Position numbers and translations under genes: made by a program. A DNA stretch of 64,000 nt from Cenococcum geophilum (taxonomy: Eukaryota): positions 8,742,001 to 8,806,000 of the forward strand of contig CP158635.1 in the NCBI GenBank assembly GCA_050273025.1, read 5' to 3'. Each line of letters begins with the position of its first letter. Position 1 is the stretch's first letter. Under the pieces are notes generated by a model, which saw nothing but the letters and a program-made list of their open reading frames with translations, was not told where the DNA came from and made no database searches. Below are positions 1-12,974 of this stretch, in pieces.

Positions 1-644
1 AGGTTCTTAACCAACGAAATGCAGTGCCGTTCTCCGAATGTCTTTCTCCAGACGAGGTCGATAGGTGTGCATTGAAAGACGAAGGTTAGGGTGAAGGCGA
101 TTCCCCACATAAAGTCGAGAATGTGCATGACCCAGACAGCGATTCGGAAGTTTGGTTGGATGAAAATGCGTGCGTAGAATAGGATGATGATGAAGCGCGT
201 GAGCATTATTGCTATTGTGCTTAGGATTTCGTTTGCATAGATACACTATAAAAAGGTGGTTAGTCTCCTGGTCATCAATTGTGGAAAGTGGAAGTGGTTT
301 GAAAGAGTGCAGAGAGGTTGATGCGCGCTAGAGTTAGACCTATTTTCAAGGTTTTCTTTGAATAGCGCCCGAAGTCTGTTTCCTACTGTCTTACTATTGG
401 GAGATAGAGCCCTTTGCGGTCATAACAAGTCGTGTCTCAACCATTGGACTAAATTTTTTGTATCTGGTGTGTTCATGCATTCATCATGTCATATTCGTAC
501 ATGCGGTGTTACAGCGAGAGATGTCCATGAGATAACTTGAAGTGATTGCTTACTTTTTGAAATGTTTCAAGATCTGGATTTGTGATAGGGAAGCCGCTAG
601 GAGCAAGAGGCATCTTCTTTCCTAATTGGCCATGTGTAGCAGCC
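1..644 (-). pseudogene. PTH11-like integral membrane protein (fungal rhodopsin-like GPCR family); 5'-truncated; exons 644-554 and 245-<1
   Basis: Exon AATHGQLGKKMPLAPSGFPITNPDLETFQK ends at a GTAAGC donor (553). A CTAAC branch site and TAG acceptor (246) lead in frame into CIYANEILSTIAIMLTRFIIILFYARIF...W..AFTLTFVFQCTPIDLVW....GERHC, the typical PTH11 pattern. Upstream of ~645 is gypsy RT, so the N-terminus is missing. Confidence 0.8.
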
Positions 645-1568
645 GTTAAAGTAAAAGGGCTAGTCTTTTTTAGTAAAACGGTTAAGAGGCTAGGTAATTA
701 TACTATAGTTCTTAATAAAGCGTTAGTAGAAGTTATAAAAACCTAAAAATAATTATACCCCCTTTATGGTCCATGGGGGTGCCTACTAGTTAATTATAGC
801 CGTTTTCTCTAGGTTAGCTTTAATTCTATTTATACTAATAATAAAACTTAGGTACTTTATATACTTAATACTAAACTCTAACTTCTTAATATTAACCTAG
901 AGGCTAGCCTTACGGAGCCGTTATAGGACTTTATAGACGTGCTCCTTATATTCTAGCTTATTCTTAGAGTAGATTATAATATTATCTAAATAGGCCGTAT
1001 AGAAGTCGTTAAGGCAGTTAAAGAGTATATTATTTATATAACGCTGCTATATAGCTAGTCTATTAGTTGGTTTAAAAAGGAGTACTTTATATTTATATAT
1101 TTTATAATAAGTTTAAAATATAGTAAAATCCTTAAACTTAGGGTTTATTTTAATTTAGTAAAAGACCTAGTAGATATTAAGCTTTATAAAGACCTTAGCT
1201 CTACTTATTTAAGCTAAAGTTTTATTAAGTAAGGGTAGTGGATAGCGGTCCTTACGGGTTATATTATTTAGCTTATAGTAGTTAATATAGAAGCGGAGTC
1301 CTCTATTTAACTTTTTAATAAAGGTAAAGGGGGCTTAGCTAGGCTTAATAAAGCCCTTATTTAGGTTATTAATAAGATACTACTTTATAGCCTATAATTT
1401 AGCAATAAACTACTTATAAAGGGGGCTAAAGCTAAGGGTGTTTTCCTTACCCTGCTTAATCTTAATCTTATAGTTATATAGTTAGTAGGGTAAAAGTATA
1501 TTAGACGCTGCTTTAAAGAATACGTTCTTAAATTTCTGGTATTAATAGGGCAGCTTTTATTCTACTAG

Positions 1569-1773
1569 TGTTGATCAGTAGTCCGTGCACCGATAAGTAA
1601 GTAAAGAATGAGGACTCTGTCTATTTAACTATGAAGAAAAGAAGCTATTTATATATGAGGTAGATGTCTGAAATAGGAAAGGGAGGGGGGGTATGTAACT
1701 GAAACGGGGGTAGTAGTATACCCGAAATAAGAACAAGGATAGGGTAATAGGCTAAATTCAACCTAAATCAATA
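1569..1773 (-). repeat. copia 3' LTR (205 bp)
   Basis: Matches 9222-9348 plus 9557-9634; the differences I saw are transitions. Confidence 0.95.
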
Positions 1774-3485
1774 TACCCCCCTAGCTTTGAGCCCTTATAG
1801 GTTAAAGCTGCATTACGGGTATTGGCATAGTGTTAAGTTGAAAATACCCTATATCTTCTTGCTTGCCTTAGTTAATTTAGATCCTGTCCTTAATATTAAC
1901 CAAATTTAATTAATAAATAAATGTCTCGTGTTTCTGCCTTAGTAGAGCTTTTATTAAGCCGTCTGCTACCATCACTGCAGTAGGTATCTAGTTGATCCTA
2001 ATTTAATCGTCACGTACTTCTTAACGTAACCAGTGGTGGTATATGTCGATATATTGGAGCTTTATAGATAGCTCTAGTCCGTCCTTCGTAAGTAGTTAAA
2101 TCGTCTGTAGATTATTACAGTTAATTATTTGCCTGTTATTTAAGGTTAACCCAATTTCTTTAAAGAAGCGACTTTACCAGATTAATTCCGTTTCTGTATG
2201 CGATAGAGCTATAAGCTCTACCTTAGTGCTTAACTTTATTACTAATATCTGCTTAGTAAAGCGCCAGTTAATTAGTCCCCCGAATAGGGTAAATAGATAT
2301 CCTTCCGTACTACGTTTACTTATTAAGTTGTCTCTAAACGCTACGTTGCTTACTCCCGTAAAGACTTAACTCCCTATATTATGTCCTAAATATTTAATCG
2401 CGAGCGTCCTTATCTAATATAGGTAGGCGATTGCTTAACGAGCTGCGGCGTCGTGTAGGGGTAAGGGATTTCGTAGGAATTCCGATAGCTTGCTTAAAGC
2501 TTTTGCTGTATTAGGTCTCGTGATACAGGTTGCATAGAGGAGTGAGCCGATTATCCTCTAGTAGACGTAGGTATCTTAATTTAAAGCTTCCTCCGGGTTC
2601 AGTAGGAGCTCGTCGGTGCTTATAGGTATACTAACTAAGCGTATGTCAGTTAAATAAAAGTTATTAGTGATCTTCTTAATATAGGAGTCTTAACAGAGCC
2701 ATAGCTTCTTCTAACTCCTATCTCTTAAGACTTAAATTCCTAGGAACCAGAACAGTTCACCTAGGTCCTTTATCTCGTATCTCTTTATAAGCGCATTCTT
2801 AAAGCTTAAAAGCTCTGACTGGTTCCCCTTAGTGCTTGCGGCATAGATATCGTCCACATAGAAGAATATAATCAGTCGATTGCTGTAGTAGAGACACGGC
2901 TCTCCGCTGATAGGCTTTAACCCCAATTTAGTCAGTTCCTAACTTAAGTTGTTATGCTAGAGACGTGGCAATCGTTAAAGTCCGTAAAGAGCTCTGCGTA
3001 GTAGTAGATATTTGCCCTTAATAGTAAATCTATCTAGACACTTAATATAGACTATTTTGTTAATTAAGCTGTTCACGAACGCGTTAATAGCGTTGCCCTG
3101 CCAAACGTCCAAATTGAATGCTGTAATGACTACTGCGAGAGCTCTAAAGACTTTGGCTGCTAGAGTTACCGTATAGGTATCCTTATAAATCGACTCTTGT
3201 AGATCGCCTCTTATATAGAGTTATGCTTTAAACTTCGTTAGATATCCATTAGTATCCGTTTTATAGGTAAATCTCTAGGTTATAGGCACCGTTTTAACTA
3301 ATGGAGTCTTATCTACGACCTTAAATATTCCACAACCGTCTAAGTCCATATATTCTTTTATAGCAGTAATAAGGAACTCTTCCCTATACTAGTGTCTTAT
3401 AAGCTCCTTCCAGTTCTTAGGCGGAGGTGGTAGCTTATCACAATGGATTTTCCTGTGATATTTTAGGCCTACGTAAAAGGCTGCC

Positions 3486-6132
3486 TGTTGGTCACACAGG
3501 GTGACTCACCAATAACGACTACTCGAGTAGGTTACAGTGATGTTGGTTGATAAAGCTTTTTGATTGGAATAAGGAAGGGCGAGGAGCTTAGGGCTCCTCG
3601 CCACGCTAGTGCCGCGGCGTCACGTGACAACCGCTTGCCTTATTCCCAACACTGGCAACTCTTCTTTTGTGGTTGCCATCTATATACAAATACTGCTTGA
3701 CTAGCGTAACATATATAAATCCTCCTTACTTACTATTGCCATTGCAATATAAGTCTCGCTATCCTAAAATTTGCCTCTTATAGCGGCTTGTATAAATGCC
3801 TCCAAACTAAAGCTTATAAATTGCTATTTAGTGAAAATATTAAACTAAGGAGAAGAAAAGAAAGGAGAAAGAATTATTTAGAAGTAGGAGTAGGTGGATA
3901 TCTTATAAAGGCCGCTAAGGCGCTAGTAGTAAGCGAGCTAATAGCGATTTTCCATCCTGGGGATAGAAAATCCTGATTGGCTGGTTGGAATTAGGGTCCG
4001 TAGAATATCGCAGGTAGTATGCCCTAGTACCGTTATCTACCTTACTAAGTTCCATAAGAAGCTTCTAGCAATTCTTTTTTTATGGATATAGTGCTGCAGG
4101 AAGACAGTAAGGTATTGGTTTAGCTGCAGGTAGAAGCAGCAAAAGTCTATTTAGGTAGTAGTATAGTACCAGCGGTAGTAGTAATAGTGGTTAAGTATAG
4201 AGCTTATTTATTAGTCGGTTGGTTAATTATAGGCGTATAGGCACGATTATTCGGTCGGTAGATTACAGGCGTATTAGCGCGATTAGTATCATAATAGCAG
4301 GCATAGCGGTGCTATTGGTTTGTCAATAGTATATAGCAGTACGGTGCCAGTATAGAGTTGGTTCCGTAGGCAGATCGGCACAAAATTATAGATACTGGCA
4401 GTTCTTTCTTTTATAGATTGCCTACGTGACTATGCCATTCCAACCGCTCCCCCCCCCTCCCTACATTACTCTTTCTTTATAGTACCCTCCACAAGAACTT
4501 CCTATCTGGATTACGCTGGTAGCTACCTCTGTAGCTACCTTAGGAACTACAGGAGTCTTAGAATTCCCCTCTACGCTAGATCTTCTAAAGCTTGTTAAAT
4601 GTTTATAGAGAAGTAGAGGCTTATTACGGAGATTACTACAGAGATTGCTGCGGATATTACTGCGGATATTGCTACAGAGATTGCTGCGGAGGTTCTTATG
4701 GAGGTTACTGGTGGGTTAGGATATTATTTATAGATCTAGCTTATTATGCCGGTTGTCTAGGCGCAGTAAGGGTTAGGGGAGACGTCTTGGCGCTTAAGTG
4801 GGACGGAGCTTACGCAGACGGAGCTTGTGCGGACGGAGCTTATAAAGACGGAGCTTATATAGACGGAGCTTGTGGTATAGGTTAAGATACGGCAGCCTAA
4901 GGAACTTAAGGTATTTAATAGCCTAAGGTTATCTATAGTAGTTACTACGGAGATCCCTATAGAGGCTGCCTAGGCGCGGTAAGGGTTAGAGGAGACGTCT
5001 CGGCGCTTAAGTTAAACGGAGCTTGTGCGGACGGAGCTTATATAGACGGAGCTTATGTAGACGGAGCTTATAGAGACGAAGCTTATATAGACGGAGCTTA
5101 TATAGACGGAGCTTGTATAGACGGAGCTTGTAGCTATCCGTTATTAGAATTCCCTTAAGAGTTAAACTTCTTTATAGCGCGTATTTGGTGCTTAATCTTA
5201 ATCTCTTATAGAGTCCATTTATGCTCTTCTTTTATATTAATAATATGCTCCTGAATATTATCTTTAATAATGCCCCCGTCTATAGGGACGAATACTCTAT
5301 ACTCCCATAAAAAGTCACGGAAGTTTTATACGATATCCTTGTTTATAGGAGCCCATATTTCCTTTATCCATCTAATAAAGTTCTCCCTTATATATTCCTA
5401 TAGCGCGGTATTATTATATTTACTGTCTTTATAGTGTGCTATGTGGTGTAATAAGAATCCGTTTAGGTCTTATGGTTTAGCGTTTATAAGGTCAATGTCT
5501 CTATTCTATGTCTTTAGGTCGATATCTTTCTTATACTTCTTTGGGTAGGTTAACGCTATAATAACTAAATCTGCGAAGGCATATAGAGGGTATTAAGGTA
5601 GTTGTCGAAGCGGAACTGCTAATTTGTTTATATGTTTTCGTAAGGTGCCGTTAATCAATAGGTAGGCAATTAAGGTAGTTTAACGCGTTTCGGACGTTAA
5701 CTTAGGACTATAGGTTTAGTAACACTTCTAACCTAAAGTACTTAACCAAATCTTTATAAACGTAGTTGTTCTGCGTAATAGACGCAACTTAGTATCTCCT
5801 AGTACTTAGTAACACTTCTATTACTAATTTTCCGCAAGTCTAAGGTAGCATGGTATCGCTAGGATCCATTCTATATAAGCGCATATAGCACCCCTATATG
5901 AGACTATCTCTTCTATTTAAAAACCTAGCTGCTCTATAGTTAACTGTGTATTTAACCACTAATTAGTATTAGTTATATAGGGTGACTTACCAATAACGAC
6001 TACTCGAGTAGGTTACAGTGATGTTGGTTAATAAAGCTTTTTGATTAGAATAAGGAAGGGCGAGGAGCTTAGGGCTCCTCGCCACGCTAGTGCCGCGGCG
6101 TCACGTGACAACCGCTTGCCTTATTCCCAACA
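3486..6132 (-). mobile_element. Non-autonomous (pol-less) LTR retroelement, 2.65 kb, nested in the copia
   Basis: 166-bp LTRs at 3486-3651 and 5967-6132. TSD CTGCC at 3481-3485 and 6133-6137. The interior has only a gag N-terminal-like ORF relic (~5559-4470: L(W)EYIRENF..W..EIW...NFRDFL.EY.VFV); I saw no RT or integrase motifs. Confidence 0.9.
4801..5130. repeat. 15-bp tandem repeats (GACGGAGCTTRYRNR) in two blocks, encoding QAPSx on the minus strand
   Basis: Blocks at ~4801-4875 and ~5016-5130, each preceded by a duplicated flank (GGCGCRGTAAGGGTTAG...GGCGCTTAAGT). Confidence 0.9.
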
Positions 6133-9100
6133 CTGCCTAAAGTGCTTTAAAGCTATCTACCTCCTTAAGGTAAGTTAAATAAGCCATATACCGTTTAGGT
6201 AGCCTCTTTAATTACTTACCCTTTATAATATTATCTTCCTTAACGGCTGCGCCGTCTTTATCCTATAAGTTATCCTCTATAGGTACATATTTATAATGCG
6301 GTCGTTAACGGGTGGAGGGAGCGGAGGAGCTTAAGGATTCTTTAGTAGGAATTAATTAAGGTTCTAGCGTCTTATCTAGGGTAGGTAGAAAATCGTCCTT
6401 TAAGGTTTATAAGCTTACTACGTTATTATCTTAATTAGTTACTTAGTTTTAATTTCCACCGGAATCTACCTATTAATTTCTATTATTATCCACTTAAATC
6501 TTATCTAAAGTCTCATCGTCCTTATCTAACGTTTTATTAAGCTCTTTCTAAAGCGTCCTGCTAACTTATAATATATTAATTACTTCCAAAATTTAATTAG
6601 CGCGTTTACGGAGTAGATTCGCGAGATTTAGCTAATTATTGTTATAGAGCAACTGCTTATTAAATATTACGTCTCTTGTTTAAATTACCTTTTTTTCGCT
6701 AGGTATATAGACCCTAAAGATATTTGTTGACTAGTACCTAACTAAGTATTTAATATAAGCCCTTAGCTTAAGCTTTCGAGTGCGCGGAAGGTTATATTTA
6801 AGTGGGTAAGCTCTATAGCCGTATATACATAGATAAGCTATATTTGGTTTTAATGGCGAGAGCCCTAGTGCTAACTAAAGCTTTTTAAAAGGTATTATCT
6901 AGTCAAGCTAGGCGTTCGGTGTCCTATTAATTAGATACGCTATAGCTCTAATAATCTCTAGCTAGAGCTCTTTTGGTAATCAAGCTTCAATTTATATACA
7001 ACGAGACTTAATAATAATTACCCCCCTAAAACGTTTAGCAGAACCGTTCTAAGGTTTCGTATATAGGGCCGATTGCTCCACCATAATTCCTTCTTGGGCC
7101 GCCTAACTAAAGAAGTCGCCGCTAAGGGAGGTTTCGCCATCGATTCGGATAACCCTAATCTTCTAATTATATCGACGCTTTACCCTATTCAAATATCTTA
7201 TAATTGCTGGGGTCGTTAACGACTTTTAGGCAAAGGTCTCTACCTTATTTATTCGTAAGAATTCGTTAAAGAAATGTATCGTCTAATTGTAACCGTTATA
7301 CGCCACGATCTCTAGAAATAGGTTGATATGCACTTAGTAGAAGGGCCTGGTTGCCTTATCTATAGGTGCTCTTCTTGATACAATTTCGTAAGCCTTGCTG
7401 ACAGCACAGGTCTTACAGTCGATTGTCGTTAGTCCTCAAAGCTTCGCACCACCTACCTCCTGGAGTAGATGCTTAATTGCTTTAGGTGCTGCATAACCTA
7501 GTCTCTTATGCTAAAGCCTTCCTGCTACTTCCTAATTAGGAAGGGGGTCTCGCGATTAGATTGTAAATAAGGCCTTTAGTTTATTATATTTAAGCGTGTT
7601 TTAGTTACAATGTTACCCGTAATAGGTAAACGTCTTACAATCGTCTTTGTGATATAGTAGGTTCTTTTTATTATCCCACTATATGTTCTTATCGTTGAAC
7701 CTATCTAGACAGGCCAAATTTATATAGAACGCCGGTATATACGCTGCGTTAGCTAGTAGGATCCTCTTAGGGCCTACTAGCGTCTAGATTATAACTGCTG
7801 CTATCCCTATGCCCTTAACCGGATCTAGGCCCGTTTTGGCGTATATGAAGTTATTACTTAGTTAGAGCTTATTGACGAATCTCGATTAATCGTTAATAAC
7901 GTATATCGTGGTTCCGTTGTTAAAAATTACGCTATTACACAGCTTATAGTTAGAACCTATGTTATAGGCGCCCACCTAGTATACGGCGAAGATACTGTAG
8001 TTGTCTTCCTTTTGACTTCTGTCTAGGCTCCGTACAGCTTCCTTTTATAGAGCTTCCTTGCCTAAAGCCTCCTTCCTTATCTTCTTAATTTTTGACTTAG
8101 TCTAATCTAATACGCTTATAATCCTTTCCTCAATCTTTATAGCCGTGGCTTTATCTAATTTCTAGTCTTTTAATCGAACTGATTCGTTAATATAAGGATA
8201 CTCCGGAAACTAGTAAACATCTCCGCAGTAGCACGGTAGGGCGTCTTTCTTCTTTAACATTCTAGATAGTGTAGTAGGGGCCTTGTCCTTAGGAGCCTTG
8301 TTCTTAGGAGCCTCATCTTTATAAGCTCCGTTAATTAACTCGCCTTAGAAGCCTACTATATTAGCACTAAGCTAATCTCTTCTCTTTTAGGCAGTCTCTA
8401 TTCGTTAATAGTTCCGATATATTTCAACTAGTTGATCTATAGATATTATCTGGTTACTAGCCCAGTTATATTTATTAAATTTAACCATCCACGTTAAAGC
8501 CTAGTTTAGTAATGCTAGCTTTATAGCCAGCAGAAAGTCTCTAATCGCTTAGTCGCCGTCTACATCTAGCAATTTAATCTTTTTGCAGTTATTATATGTC
8601 TTCTCCCACTGCTATAACCAGGCCTCAAAGTTCTAGTTCTTTGGGCCCTTTTTAACCTTCACATATTAAGTGGATAGGTACAGCTCTCGTACTATATCGG
8701 TGGGGGCAACTCTCTCCTTAAGAGCCACCAGTGTGTTATATACTAAGTCGATACCCAGTATATAGGTATTAAGGTTCCTAACCACTATACCGGTAATGTA
8801 GCTTCGTAGGGAGGTTAAAGCTGCCTTCTACTTCTTATATTCCTTCTCTACTACCTTATACCTCTTACGGAGAATTTAAAGCTCGTCCTTCTCGTCCTTA
8901 GAGAGAGCTGTATATAAGGTCGTTCCTGTCTTTATATCTTAAGGCCTAGGAAAGACTGGTTTAAGTAAACGGGGCAACTGATCCTGTTTGGTTAAGGGGT
9001 CAACGTATTCCCATACGTCTCCTGTTTAAGCTTAAAGCCTAATAAGGTTAATCTATTCATCCCAATCAGCTTAGTTTAATAATATCACCGTTATGGTGAC

Positions 9101-9221
9101 AGCTTGGGTAGCTTAAGAAGTTATATTAAAAGGTGCTTGCAAGGACAAATGAAGTATTTAATAAGGGGTACGATTAATTAAATTAATAGGTGCAATATGG
9201 TAAGTCACCCGGGCTTATAAC

Positions 9222-9634
9222 TGTTGATTGGTAGTCCGTGCACCGATGAGTAAGTAAAGAATAAGGACTCTGTCTATTTAACTATGAAGAAAAGAAGCTA
9301 TTTATATATGAGGTAGATGTCTGAAATAGGAAAGGGAGGGGGGGTATGTGTTAATCGGAAGTCCGTGCACTGATTGTGAGAAAAGAAGAACTCGTGTCGA
9401 TTGATCTATGAAGAAAAAGAGGCTATATATACATAAGGTAGATGCAGGTACAGGGGGGGGGGTACGTCATAGGGAGTCGGTGACTGAGTCGGCGACCGAG
9501 TCAAGGGGTAGGTAACTGAGTCGGCGGCATGACACCCGACTCAGGTCGACAGTATGTAACTGAAACGGGGGTAGTAGTACACCCGAAATGAGAACAAGGA
9601 TAGGGTAATAGGCTAAATTCAACCTGAATTGACA
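9222..9634 (-). repeat. copia 5' LTR carrying a nested solo LTR
   Basis: Direct repeat of 1569-1773, split at a duplicated GTATG. Confidence 0.95.
9349..9551. mobile_element. Solo LTR (203 bp) of a related copia family, inserted in the copia 5' LTR
   Basis: TG...CA termini and TSD GTATG at 9344-9348 and 9552-9556. The first half resembles the host LTR (GTCCGTGCAC, CTATGAAGAAAA, AGGTAGATG). Confidence 0.9.
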
Positions 9635-10055
9635 ACTAGTTCCTTATTTATACGCTTACTTCCTTATCCACTAAGCTTACTTTTCTTTTCTTTAATTATT
9701 TAATTAATTTTATATAAGCTAGTTATAAAGACAATAGTATTAAGCTAAACTAAGTTTTAGTAGAATCCTATGGCGCTAATATAGCAAATATTAACTAGTA
9801 ATGTAGTGGGGTAAAATGGGCCACTACTTTGGGCCTTGGCATTTTCCTGTATATATTAAGCCTTCGGCTTCCTTCCTTCTCCTTATCACGACCTACCGGA
9901 ATACATTCTTTCTTTTCTTCTTACTGACTGCTTTCCTACTGATTAATTACGACTGACGACCGACCGACCAACCGACCGACCAACCGACCGACAGACAGAC
10001 AGACAGTACTAAGACTTTCCTATCTAAGAGTGGTCGTACCCTCCCATATATTTTA

Positions 10056-12650
10056 TGGCATTCCACATAGGGACGACGGCAAGCTCTTTGGATTAGAAGT
10101 CTGGCATTCTACACACAACTATATACACAGGAGATACGCAGGAATATACTACAGCTACAAAAGAACCACCAGCTGCAGAAGAACGACCAGCTGTAGAAAA
10201 ACCGCCAGCCAGATAGACGAGATAGCAGAACCAGAGAACCAGAGAACTAGGCAGTATTGGACAGCAAGGAGGAACCAGGCAGTCCCGGAAAAGATAGGAC
10301 AGCCAAACTCAACGCATAGGCCAAAGAGTGGCAAAAAGGAGTAGCAAAGGTCTCGGAAAGTTACGTGTAAGGACGTCAAGCGAACTAACGAGCTAATTAG
10401 ACAATGTTAACCGGCGGTCGGAGTTACCTAATATATCTGCTACCTACGCACGGACATAGCTAGAGCTTTATTAAAGATGCAGAGATAACAAGCTAAGGGC
10501 TAATTAATCAGATGGAAACAAGATCTAAGGCATCTAGCGGTAGAGGAAGTTAGCACTGCCCTTTAGGAACAGAAGAGAGAATACTAAGCAAGGTCGCAAG
10601 CACACAAGATCGGGTCTATCCTTAAAAGCTTCCTATTCTAGCTTAGCTTTATCTTCTTTTAAGTTATCCGGATTATATTAGAGGCAGCTTTAGAGGCATT
10701 CCGTAAAGAAGCAGATATAGGCAAGAGCGTAAGGCTTAGCAGTACCCTACCGCGTAGAGTAACGGTAGGCTAAAACAGACGGACGTATCGAGACCCGGCA
10801 GTAGTAGAAGATAGCGATTCTGTGCTCTCCCAGGAAGACCAACCTCCAGGCGTTAAGAAGCAGCCAGAAGAAACCAAAGCCTATACTTCTTTTACTGAGT
10901 ATAAACCAAAACTAGGACAGCCATCTAGGACACCACCACCTTAGGCAGCAATGCAAGCAGACCTACCGCAGCGTTTACTCGTAACACCTAGGGCCGATAA
11001 CCCTTAGCAAACGAAGGATAGGAGCCGTAAGGACCACCTACAAGCTCCCAAGGAAGCTCTAGATGTACCCTATAGCCAGCAGTCAACGGCTTAAGATAGG
11101 ATCTACATTATGGTCCAGCCTATGCCAGCCCCAGGAACTGCTGGAACTCCGTACTTTACAGGACAGGACGTGTCACAGTTTATTAAGCAGTACGAGCGAC
11201 TATACGTCCAACACCACGTAACGAGCAAGGAGAAGCACCAGGGCCTTCTAGAGTACTGCGATTACTAAATAGGGATGTGGATCCAAAGCTTGCCTAAATT
11301 TACAGCTAGCAATTAGACGGAGCTCGTAAGAAAGCTTAGGGTAGAATACCGAGAAAGTAACCACTTTCAACAAATAGAAACGGTAGAATTCTTAGAAGCC
11401 TATGTGCAGCAGTATAGGGACAATCCGCCAAACAGTATACGCGAGTACTATAGACAGTTTACGTTAATATCTCAAAAGGTTACGGAGGCAGGTAATCTAG
11501 AGAACGGTTAGCAAGGATACTGGTTTATAAAAGGACTTCCGCTTAAATATTAAAGACACGCCATAGCCAAAACGGGAGCTAATTCAGATAGACAAGAGTC
11601 CTTTAACTTCTATCAGTTACTAAGAGCCGTAGAAGACAAACTTAGTTCATATAAGGGCGCAGATCATTTGTTAAAAATGGACCCCAAGGACCAGAGCCTT
11701 CGTCAGCTGGTTAAACAGTTCCGTAATCAGCAGCCGGTTATAAGCAAAGATGCTACCCTTCAACCACCTGCGATCTTTCAGCCAAATAAGACAGCTGACG
11801 CCTGTTAAGCCAGCCAGAAAACAGACCTAGTTGGATTAGGTGTACACGGAGGAGCCCTAATATAGCAGCAGTCACCTACCACAAATCAGGTTACAGTTTA
11901 AAGCCTAGCACAAGGATACAGCTTAGCACTAGGATACGAAGACTGGCAGAACAGCACCCGAGCTCCCTTTGTACCGTAAGACTCTCGACCTCCGCAAGAC
12001 TCTCGACCTCCGCAGGATTGTCAATATCCGCAGGACCCTCGATATCCGCAAGATTCTACTGCCTTTGGACGACCGCAGCGGGACGCACGGGGTTAGCAAG
12101 GTACGCGAGGGCAAGGCTAGCGGACCTGTTTTGGATGCGGAGGAAGTCACCGTTTCACCGAGCACGAATGTTAAGGCTTAAAGGATCTTATTCGGCAAGG
12201 ATTTGTACATCTGTCTAATCGAGGAAGGCTAGTAGCGGGGACGCGTAATCGGCCTGGACCTGTACTTCCGTGGCTCGGCAATGAAGGACGATTGAAAGGT
12301 ATTAAGAACTGGCTCCGTACGTACCAAGGAGCAGACCTAGACAGACCAAGGAAAGAACAGACGTAGCAGCGGGCCTTCCATAACGGAGCAGCGCTAAAGA
12401 TCAGTGACGAGAAAAGTACGAACTGGGGGGACTACTATCAAAATCGCATAACCTTTAGAGACAGCAGGACAGCCACTAAGCCGCAGGAGAATAATGTACA
12501 ACCAGGAGATTACATACAGATTAGGTCACAGCCTACGAATAAGACAGCTGAAGCTAGGGAGGACTACTATCAGAATCGTCCGACCCTTGGAGACGGTCAT
12601 TGGAGACGGACGCTTAAAGCCATTAATCCGCAGCAGGCTCCGCAGGAGGT
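10056..12650 (+). pseudogene. gag-like ORF, RIP-interrupted
   Basis: PMPAPGTAGTPYFTGQDVSQFIKQYERL at ~11120, a typical fungal gypsy gag motif. Zn knuckle CFGCGGSHRFTEHEC at ~12127. Confidence 0.8.
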
Positions 12651-12974
12651 GTAGGATGTTCGACTAGGGGACAGTCAAGTTCTAAGGTGGGGGAGGGGAC
12701 GCGGGTAACGGCTGTATAAAAGATTTCTATTTGTCTGTTTAATTACTGTATTTCCTAAAGCTCCTTTCTTGTTTACTTTCTTGGTTGCGACGCGTTAAGA
12801 TGTGTCGAGACGACCTACTGCAAAGATGTCAGTTCAGCTCACCGCCTGTCACCGAGCCAATAGCGATTTTCCATCCCGGGGATGGAAAATCCTGATTGGT
12901 CCATTCAGCAATAGAGCCGGCAGAACTCTACACCGCCCCTGGAATTCGACGACGGCTACACGATGAGAACGGAT

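Larger units (their letters stand above)
1880..9124 (-). pseudogene. copia gag-pol polyprotein, RIP-inactivated and interrupted by 3486-6132
   Basis: N-terminal DWDE(W)I...DVWEYVDP. Integrase region at ~6700-7400. RT ALYGL and FYVDDI (ORF 2732-2926). RNase H motifs STEAELI-like and MVADGL.K. Confidence 0.9.
1569..9634 (-). mobile_element. Full-length Ty1/copia LTR retrotransposon (RIPped)
   Basis: LTRs at 1569-1773 and 9222-9634 with TG...CA termini (left end RIPped to TA). 5-bp TSD ACTAG at 1564-1568 and 9635-9639. PBS GTTATAAGCCC resembles the copia tRNAi-Met half-primer site. PPT lies next to 1774. Domain order gag-PR-INT-RT-RH. Confidence 0.95.

Noticed and set aside
7..246. Track ORF MYLCKRNP... 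(79 aa)
   Set aside because: Wrong frame. The overlapping frame gives the PTH11-like exon with proper splice signals.
395..480. MHEHTRY...RLVMTAK frame as the upstream exon
   Set aside because: No in-frame GT donor and stops just upstream. The exon at 554-644 fits better, so this lies in the intron.
4592..4885. Cys/Tyr/Gly-rich ORF resembling a small effector
   Set aside because: It is the antisense reading of tandem repeats in the gag relic.
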